This document shows positions 1-7,058 of a stretch of DNA of 19,436 nt, piece by piece. The notes beneath the pieces are model-generated. The model saw nothing but the letters and a program-made list of their open reading frames with translations, was not told the origin of the DNA and made no database searches. The position numbers and the translations under genes are program-made. Positions within the stretch are counted from its first letter, which is position 1, and each line of letters begins with the position of its first letter. The stretch is taken from NCBI GenBank assembly GCA_034722055.1, contig JAYENL010000294.1, positions 1 to 19,436 on the forward strand. Direction: 5' to 3'. This DNA is from Armatimonadota bacterium. Its GTDB lineage: Bacteria > Armatimonadota > Zipacnadia > Zipacnadales > UBA5352.

Positions 1-1
1 C

Positions 2-829
2 AAGGCCGAGGCTGAGGGATGGCCGGAGATCATCTTCCAGCCGGTGGACGAGGCCTTCGAGCACCGGCCACGCTTCGAGCGCATGATGGTGGAGATGCGC
101 ATCCTGCACGACCTCGGCGTCCCCGTAGAGGCCGACGGGATGAACGGCCACCCGGAGGGCATGGAGGAGGCGCTCCCGCTTATGGACTACCTCAACTTCC
201 ACGACGGGCCTTTCCTCCGCCGCGGCGTCTACGATGGGCCGGCCTGGGAGCAGTTCCGCGCCCGAATGCAGGAGCTTGGCAAGACCATCTGGTTCTACAA
301 CGTGGAGATCTCCGGCCACCGCCCCGAGAACGCGCGCTTCTCGCAGGGATTCCACCTGTGGATCAACGGAGCGCAGGGCGCCTACACCTGGTCGTATCGC
401 TCGCATGTCGATGACCCCTACGGACCCAACCCCGAGCGCCGCTTCGTGTTCATGCACCGCTACCCGCCGATGGGCGACGAGACTGGCGGGCCGTCCATCG
501 GCTTTGAGTCCCTGCGCGAGGGCATCGACGACTACCGCTACCTTTACACCTGGGACCAGCTCTGCGAGCGGGCGCTGCGGCAGGGCACAGCCGAGCAGAG
601 GGAGCTGGTGACGACCTCCCGCGCCTGGATCGAGGACAAGCTCGCCGAGATCGACTACTCGCAATGGAGCGGCTGGCCGACGCAGGGGGAGTGGACGGGC
701 GGCAGAGTGCTGACCGAGGAGGGCGGGAAGGCCGTGGCCGGGCACCTCAAGGTCCCCGGCGTGTGGGACTTCGACGACTACGACGCCATCCGGCGCAGGC
801 TCGCGGAATGGATACTGGAGCTGCAGTGA
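2..829 (+). CDS. DUF4091 / glycoside hydrolase 123-like protein, C-terminal part (5'-truncated by the window)
   Basis: The frame is open from base 2 (KAEAEGWPEIIFQPVDEA...). It contains a 'PVDEA' acidic pair, 'KTIWFYN', 'GAYTWSY' and the C-terminal 'PSIGFESLREGIDDYRYL' motif typical of DUF4091-type proteins. Confidence 0.65.
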   Translation, partial: KAEAEGWPEIIFQPVDEAFEHRPRFERMMVEMRILHDLGVPVEADGMNGHPEGMEEALPLMDYLNFHDGPFLRRGVYDGPAWEQFRARMQELGKTIWFYNVEISGHRPENARFSQGFHLWINGAQGAYTWSYRSHVDDPYGPNPERRFVFMHRYPPMGDETGGPSIGFESLREGIDDYRYLYTWDQLCERALRQGTAEQRELVTTSRAWIEDKLAEIDYSQWSGWPTQGEWTGGRVLTEEGGKAVAGHLKVPGVWDFDDYDAIRRRLAEWILELQ

Positions 830-881
830 GGCGGCTGGGGCGCAGCGCGGCGGAACATCCAGCGGTCGGCGGTGCTGAGCG

Positions 882-2918
882 ATGACCCTTCAGAACGCCG
901 CGCTGCTGCTCGGCGCCGCCGGCATCGCGGTGCCTGTCCTCATCCACCTGTTCGGACGGCCGCGCCCGAGGCTGGCGCGCTTCCCGTCCCTGATGCTGCT
1001 GCGCTCCGCCCATCGCCAGCGGCACAGCCGCGCCCGCCTGCGCCGCCTTCTGGCGCTGATCCTCCGATGCCTGGCGATTGTGCTGCTGGCCTTGGCGCTG
1101 GCGATTCCTCTGTCCAGGCTTCCGATGCTGTCCGGCCTGGGTGTCCCGCTGCCGGCCGCGATCATGCTGGACGTCTCGGCCAGCATGAGCGCCCTTACGG
1201 GCGGGCAGCGGCCGATCGACCGGGCGGTGGCCGCGGCCGAGCGCATTCTGAGCGCGCAGGCGGGGGGCCGGGCGACCGTGGCGCTTGCCGGCGCGCGGCT
1301 GCGGATCGTCGAGGAGCCCGAGCGGGAGCTGACGGCGGGCTCCAGCACGCTGGAGCGCGGCAGGCTGTCCGGGTGCCTGGCGGGGCTGCTGGCGCGGTCG
1401 CCGCGCCAGCTTGCCACCGTCTACCTCCTGACCGATTGCCAGTCCACCTCGTTGGGCGACCTTCCTGACGACCTCCCAGGTCCCCGGCCGCACGTGGTTG
1501 TGGTGGACAGCGGCCCGGTGCCCCGCGCCAACCGTGCCGTGGTCGAGGCGGACGCAACCGATGCCGTCGCCATCCGCGGCCGACCGCTGCGCATCGCGGC
1601 CCGGGCCCGGACGTGGGGAAGATCCACTGACGACGCGGTGCCGCTGACGCTCAAGGTTGCCGGCCAGCCGGTTGACTCGCGGAGCGTCCCGATGACGCCG
1701 GGTGAGCCGGCGGTCGCGGAGCTGACCGTCGCTCCCGACGAGCCGGGCGTCACAGCCGCCGAGGTTCGCCTCCCCGCAGACCACCTCGGGGCCGATGATC
1801 GCAGGGCGGTGGCGCTCTTCGTCAGAGAGCACTTGCGGGCGCTGATCATCGGCGGGAAGAAGACCACGCGCTTCGTGCGCGCGGCGCTGAACCCCTTCCC
1901 GCCCGGCGACGAGCGCGCCATCGTGGAGCTGAAGCTCGTGAGCGCCGCGCACGTCGCCGAGGACCTCTCGGGCTTCGATCTCGCGGTGATCGCGGACCCG
2001 TCAGGGCTGTCTGATGGGGCGCTGGCGCGGGTGGCGGATGAGGTCGCGAAGGGGATGGGCGTGCTGCTGTTCGCCGGCCCTGACGCCGACGCGCGCGACC
2101 TCTCGGCGCGCATCCTCCCTGCGCTGGGGCTGGAGGGCGTGACGGTCGGGGATGCGGCACGGGTCGAGACGCCGCGTGCGGTCGCCGAGATGCTCACCGA
2201 CCGGCCGCCGCTGGCGGAGTTCGCGCAGCCGGGCGCCGGGGATCCGGGCGCCGCGCGCTTCTCGACGGTGCGCTCCATCGAGGCGCCGGGCGCTGGCGCC
2301 ACGGTCCTGGCGCGCCTTGACGACGGCCAGCCGCTGCTCATCGAGGGCGCGCCGGGGAAGGGGCGGGCGCTGCTGCTGGCGAGCGCCCCCGACGACGCGT
2401 GGTCCGATCTGCCACGCCAGCCGGTCTTTGTGCCGCTGATGCACGCCCTGGCGCGGCATCTCGCCGCCGGTCGCGGGGCGTGCGTCCTGGATGCGGGCCC
2501 CGGCGAGCTGCTGGTCGGGGAGCTTGTGCGCCCAGCGGACGCGGTCGTCCTCGAGCGCGCCGGCTCCGCGGTGCAGGCCACCGTCTCAGGCCGCCGGTGG
2601 AGCGCGACCGCGGAGGAGCCCGGCGTCTATCGTGTGCTCGCCGATGGGCGGGAGGTGGCGGCCGCGGCAGTCAACATCGACCCGGCGGAGTCCGACCCGA
2701 CGCAGGTCACGGACGCGCAGGTGCGGGATCGGCTGAGGCCGCTGACCGCGGAGGTCATCTTATCCGCCGACGTGCCTGAGGCCGTAGTTGGGCGGACCGC
2801 CATCGACCTCTCCAGCGTCGTGGCGCTGCTGGCGGTGCTGCTCATCGCGGTTGAGGCGGTGATTTCGCTGGCGCCGGACGGCTCATCGACCGAGCGTGAG
2901 GCCCGCAGCCATGACTGA
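882..2918 (+). CDS. BatA (aerotolerance regulator N-terminal) and vWA domain membrane protein
   Basis: N-terminus 'LLLGAAGIAVPVLIHLFGRPRPRLARFPSLMLL...LRRLLALILRCLAIVLLALALA' is BatA-like. MIDAS-like 'LDVSASMS' and 'YLLTD' are present, plus a GATase-like 'GMGVLLFAG' segment, 'EEPGVYRV...AVNIDPAESD' and a C-terminal TM helix. Confidence 0.85.
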   Translation: MTLQNAALLLGAAGIAVPVLIHLFGRPRPRLARFPSLMLLRSAHRQRHSRARLRRLLALILRCLAIVLLALALAIPLSRLPMLSGLGVPLPAAIMLDVSASMSALTGGQRPIDRAVAAAERILSAQAGGRATVALAGARLRIVEEPERELTAGSSTLERGRLSGCLAGLLARSPRQLATVYLLTDCQSTSLGDLPDDLPGPRPHVVVVDSGPVPRANRAVVEADATDAVAIRGRPLRIAARARTWGRSTDDAVPLTLKVAGQPVDSRSVPMTPGEPAVAELTVAPDEPGVTAAEVRLPADHLGADDRRAVALFVREHLRALIIGGKKTTRFVRAALNPFPPGDERAIVELKLVSAAHVAEDLSGFDLAVIADPSGLSDGALARVADEVAKGMGVLLFAGPDADARDLSARILPALGLEGVTVGDAARVETPRAVAEMLTDRPPLAEFAQPGAGDPGAARFSTVRSIEAPGAGATVLARLDDGQPLLIEGAPGKGRALLLASAPDDAWSDLPRQPVFVPLMHALARHLAAGRGACVLDAGPGELLVGELVRPADAVVLERAGSAVQATVSGRRWSATAEEPGVYRVLADGREVAAAAVNIDPAESDPTQVTDAQVRDRLRPLTAEVILSADVPEAVVGRTAIDLSSVVALLAVLLIAVEAVISLAPDGSSTEREARSHD

Positions 2919-4074
2919 TCGGCCGACGACCTACGTGGCGGTGGACGCTGAGGCCCTGGCGCACAACTGCCGCCAGGTGCTGGGGCGCATCGAGGGAGGC
3001 GCTCGGCTGATGGCGGTGGTGAAGGCCAACGCCTACGGCCACGGGCTCGTACCGGCCTCGCGCGTGTTCCTGGAGGCGGGCGCGAGCTGGCTGGGCGTCA
3101 GCTCCGTCGCCGAGGGCGTGGCGCTGCGGGAGGCCGGCATCGACGCTCCCGTGCTGGTCTTCATGCCCGCCGCTCCTGGCGAGTGTGAGACGCTGGTGGA
3201 GGCGAATCTGACCGCCACGGTGGCCCACAGTCGGCACGTTACCTGGCTGGAGCAGGCCTCGGAGGCGGTCGGGAGGACGGCCCGAGCGCACGTGTTCGTG
3301 GACACCGGCCTGTCACGCATGCCCGCCGACGAGCCGGCCATCGACATCATGGACGCCGGAGCGGGCGTGGGCGTGAAGATCACCGGCCTCTATAGCCACT
3401 ACGGCCCGCCAGGCTCGGGAGCGATGGCCGAGAGTCTGGAGCTGTTCCGGACCGGCGTGTCGGCGCGGATGTTCGGGGCGCTGGCCAACGACCTGCTGGC
3501 CTCGGCCAACCGAACCGAGCTCCTGGTGCACTGCGCCGCCAGCGCCCTGCTGCTGGAGGAGCCTGAGACGCACCTGGACATGGTCCGCATCGGCACGCTG
3601 CTCTACGGCCAGTATCCTGCGCAGGTGACGCAGCGGGAGCTCGACCTGCAGGACACCTTCGAGCTGCGCAGCCGCGTCCTACACCTGGGCACGGTCGGCG
3701 TGGGCGGGAAGATCGGCTACGGTGGCGACTTCCGCGCCCGCCGGGAGACCACCATCGCCACCGTCCCGGTCGGCTACGCCCACGGGCTGGAGATGCTGCC
3801 GCGGAGCATCGCGTCGCGACCCGCCACGGCCCTGAAAGGCTTCATCGCGCGCGTGGCCGGGGCGTGGGGGAGAGCCGGGCGCCTGCCCACCGTTCGCATC
3901 CGCGGGCGGGAGGCGCCCATCATCGGCCGCATCGCCATGGACCACTGCACCGTGGACGTCACCGACCTGCCGGAAGTCGAGCTGGGCGACGAGGTGGTGC
4001 TGCCGGTCCGGCGCACGGCCGTCAACCCCAACATCCCGCGCATCTACGAGACGGTCGAGGAGGACACACCATGA
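2911..4074 (+). CDS. alr: Alanine racemase family PLP enzyme (divergent)
   Basis: PLP-lysine motif 'AVVKANAYGHG', 'DTGLSR', 'DMVRIGTLLYG', catalytic Tyr in 'IGYGG', 'VPVGYAHG', 'IIGRIAMD'. ATG at 2911 overlaps the upstream stop (ATGACTGA). Confidence 0.9.
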   Translation: MTDRPTTYVAVDAEALAHNCRQVLGRIEGGARLMAVVKANAYGHGLVPASRVFLEAGASWLGVSSVAEGVALREAGIDAPVLVFMPAAPGECETLVEANLTATVAHSRHVTWLEQASEAVGRTARAHVFVDTGLSRMPADEPAIDIMDAGAGVGVKITGLYSHYGPPGSGAMAESLELFRTGVSARMFGALANDLLASANRTELLVHCAASALLLEEPETHLDMVRIGTLLYGQYPAQVTQRELDLQDTFELRSRVLHLGTVGVGGKIGYGGDFRARRETTIATVPVGYAHGLEMLPRSIASRPATALKGFIARVAGAWGRAGRLPTVRIRGREAPIIGRIAMDHCTVDVTDLPEVELGDEVVLPVRRTAVNPNIPRIYETVEEDTP

Positions 4075-7037
4075 AGTGCGCCATCGCCATGGCTCTCAGT
4101 CTCACCTGCGCCGCCGGAGTCTCGGCTCAGACCCCCGACGTGGCACTGGTGAGGGCGACCTTCTCGCTCGAGCAGCACCCCAACGCGGGCATCGACATCT
4201 ACTACGAGGCGGCGAAGCGGGGGCTCGATGCCAACGCCGTGCAGTACGACATCGTCACCGACGAGGAGATCGTCGAGGGGGCGCTGGCGGACTACGCGCT
4301 GGCCATCTTCCCCTTCACTATCGACACCACCGAGGAGCATACTGCCGCGATCCAGTCCTACGTGAAAAGCGGCGGGAATCTGCTGTGGTTCTTCACCGTG
4401 CCTCCCGACCTGCAGGAGACGCTGGGCATCGCGGAGATGCACTACTGGCGGGCCGAGTATCCCGGCCATCTGCACACCATGCGCTTCAACGACCAGGCGC
4501 CAGCCGGCTTCCCGGAGGCCGTCCGCCAGGTGTCGATGAGCTCGCAGGCGGTGACCGAGACCACCGAGGACGCTCGCATCATCGCCACCTGGCTCAACGA
4601 CGAGGGGGAGGAGATAGGTATCCCGGCCGTCATCCTCACCGACCACAGCGTCTGGCTCTCCCACGTCCTGTGGCGTGACGCCGACGCCGAGGCGCAGCAC
4701 CACCTCATGCTGGCGACCATCGGCCACTTCGTCCCAGGCGCCTGGGAGCGCATCGTCGGAAGCGCGCTGGCGGGGGCGCTGGAAGATGCGGGCTACGACA
4801 GCCTGGAGGCCCTCGTCGAGGCCGCGTCGGAGGCGCCCCGAGCGGGGGCGCTGGCAGGCCAGGCTCGCGAGCAAGCGCAGCAGGCCCGGCAGGCGCTGCA
4901 GGACGGGGAGTTTGGGCGGGCGCTGGCGCGGGCGCGCGAGTTCCGTGACACGGCGCAGCGGGCGGCTGCCGCCACCTACCCGTCGCGGCCCTACGAGATG
5001 CGCGGCGCCTGGATGGGCTTCCCCTCGGATGACACCGACTGGGAGGCGATCATGGCGGAGCTGGAGGCCGCCAACTTCACCGCGCTGTTCCCGAACATGT
5101 GCAATCCCGGCGCGGCTGTCTATCCCAGCGACTACCTCCCGCAGATCACGGAGACCGACCAGATGGCCGCCTGCCTGGATGCCGCCCGCGCGCACGGCAT
5201 CGAGGTCCACGTCTGGCGGGGCAACTGGCAGGCCTACCGGGCCGCCGAGGGGGTGATCGACCGCTTTGCCAACGAGGGCCGCTTCGTCCTCAGCGTGGAG
5301 CAGGCCATGGGTGAAGAGGAGCAGAACACCCGCTACCGCTGGAGCCGCCGCTGGCTGGACCCCTCAGACGAGCGCAACCGCCAGCTCGAGATCGATGCCA
5401 TGGTGGAGCTGGTGGAGAAGTACCATCCCGACGGGATCCACTACGACTTCATGCGCTACCCCAGCGCCCGCTATTGCTACTGCGACCGCTGCCGGGCGAA
5501 GTTCGAGCAGTGGGCGGAGGTCGAGGTCGAGCACTGGCCGGAGGACTGCTGGGAGGGCAGCGAGCACCTGGAGCTCTATCGCGACTGGCGCCGCCACCTG
5601 CAGACCTCGCTGGTGGCCGAGGTGCGCGAGCGCCTGCTTGCCATCGACCCCCACCTGCGCATCTCTCTGGCCGCACGCGCCTCCGTGACGGGGGCGCCCG
5701 AGAACGACGCACAGGACTGGATCACGTGGGCGCGCGAGGGCTACCTGGACTTCCTGTGCCCCATGGACTACACCGGCGACGTGGAGGTCTTCCGCAACAA
5801 GCTGGAGCCGCAGATGGACCTGGTCGGCGGTGTCGTGCCCGTCTACCCGGGAATCGGCGTCAGCCCCACGCGCTCGCGCACCCCGGCGAATCTCTCCGAG
5901 CAGATCATGCTCGCCCGGGAGATGGGCGCGGACGGCTTCCTGATCTTCAGTCTCTCCTCGTTCTCCCGGCAGATGCTCCCTATCATCGCCGAGGGCGCCA
6001 CCGCCACGCCTGTGCACCGCCTGCCGCACCACGATCAGTCGGTCATGGTCAGCTTCGAGCCGCCGCCCGCGATGGAGGGCGCTCCGGAGCGCACCTACCG
6101 CGCGAACCGGTCGCTGACGCTGACGGTGCGGCTGGCCGCCACGACCGGGGACGCCGTGCAGATCACTGCCCAGCCGCTGGTGATGCCGGCGAGAGGCGGC
6201 GAGGCCGTCCCGCTCGCCGAGTACACCTCCGCCGACGGCCAGGCCTGCCAGGTGCAAGCTCAGTGGTCCGCCGAGCCCGGCATCTGGAGCGTCATCGCGC
6301 GCGGGGAGACGGTCTTTGAGGACGGTCACGAGGAGCCCTTCTACCTCCGCAGCCTGCCGCTGACTGTGCTGTCGGAGGAGGAGGCGGGGGCGCTGGAGGC
6401 GCGCCTCAGCCCTCCCCGGTTTAAGACCGACGGGCTGCATGTCGGGATGCTGGCCGGCGGCTACGGCACCGAGGGCATGACGCGCGCTCTCTCCGGGGAG
6501 AATGGCGTTGAGCTGCGCAGCCTGTACTCCCTGGCCCCCGAGATCCTGGCGCCCTGCGAGGTGGTCATAGTGCCTCAGCTCCGACAGGGCCCTGGCGACA
6601 TCGGCAGCGAGGCGCTGGCGGCGCTGCGCGCGTATGTCCGCGGGGGCGGCGGCCTGCTGGTGACCCACGATGCCGTCGGCGTGCGCGGATACGAGGCGCC
6701 CTTCCCGGAGGTCGCCACGGGAGCGCTTCCACCCGTCCGGGAGACACCGATGACAGTGGCGGCGAAACACGGGATCACCGGCGACCTGCCCCCGGGCACG
6801 TCCTTCACGCACAGCTACTACGACCACATCGCGCTGGAGCCGGGCGAGGCCGGGACGGTCGTCCTGCAGGACGAGTCCGGCAACGCCGTCGCGGTCTGCG
6901 GTGACGTCGGGGCTGGCCGGTACGTCGCCTGGGGCATGGCCACAGGCCTCGGCTCAGGCGACGGCGAGGTCGAGCCTCAGGGCGCCGAGCGATCCCTGCT
7001 GATCGCCGCCGTCCGCTGGCTCGGGGCCGCCAGATAA
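4071..7037 (+). CDS. Secreted glycosyl hydrolase-like 10 (GHL10/DUF187) protein with N- and C-terminal class I GATase-like (GH42 trimerisation/ThuA-like) domains
   Basis: RBS GAGGAGG precedes ATG 4071 (ATGA overlap with the alr stop). Signal peptide 'MKCAIAMALSLTCAAGVSA'. Motifs 'EMRGAW', 'HGIEVHVW', 'WLDPS', 'PDGIHYDFMRYP', 'CYCDRC', 'QDWITW..EGYLDFLCPMDY'. Confidence 0.85.
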   Translation: MKCAIAMALSLTCAAGVSAQTPDVALVRATFSLEQHPNAGIDIYYEAAKRGLDANAVQYDIVTDEEIVEGALADYALAIFPFTIDTTEEHTAAIQSYVKSGGNLLWFFTVPPDLQETLGIAEMHYWRAEYPGHLHTMRFNDQAPAGFPEAVRQVSMSSQAVTETTEDARIIATWLNDEGEEIGIPAVILTDHSVWLSHVLWRDADAEAQHHLMLATIGHFVPGAWERIVGSALAGALEDAGYDSLEALVEAASEAPRAGALAGQAREQAQQARQALQDGEFGRALARAREFRDTAQRAAAATYPSRPYEMRGAWMGFPSDDTDWEAIMAELEAANFTALFPNMCNPGAAVYPSDYLPQITETDQMAACLDAARAHGIEVHVWRGNWQAYRAAEGVIDRFANEGRFVLSVEQAMGEEEQNTRYRWSRRWLDPSDERNRQLEIDAMVELVEKYHPDGIHYDFMRYPSARYCYCDRCRAKFEQWAEVEVEHWPEDCWEGSEHLELYRDWRRHLQTSLVAEVRERLLAIDPHLRISLAARASVTGAPENDAQDWITWAREGYLDFLCPMDYTGDVEVFRNKLEPQMDLVGGVVPVYPGIGVSPTRSRTPANLSEQIMLAREMGADGFLIFSLSSFSRQMLPIIAEGATATPVHRLPHHDQSVMVSFEPPPAMEGAPERTYRANRSLTLTVRLAATTGDAVQITAQPLVMPARGGEAVPLAEYTSADGQACQVQAQWSAEPGIWSVIARGETVFEDGHEEPFYLRSLPLTVLSEEEAGALEARLSPPRFKTDGLHVGMLAGGYGTEGMTRALSGENGVELRSLYSLAPEILAPCEVVIVPQLRQGPGDIGSEALAALRAYVRGGGGLLVTHDAVGVRGYEAPFPEVATGALPPVRETPMTVAAKHGITGDLPPGTSFTHSYYDHIALEPGEAGTVVLQDESGNAVAVCGDVGAGRYVAWGMATGLGSGDGEVEPQGAERSLLIAAVRWLGAAR

Positions 7038-7058
7038 CGGCTGAAGGAGGCACTGACC

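Noticed and set aside
3864..4070. N-terminal extension of the GHL10 ORF in the ORF track
   Set aside because: It overlaps alr; the RBS and signal peptide point to ATG 4071.
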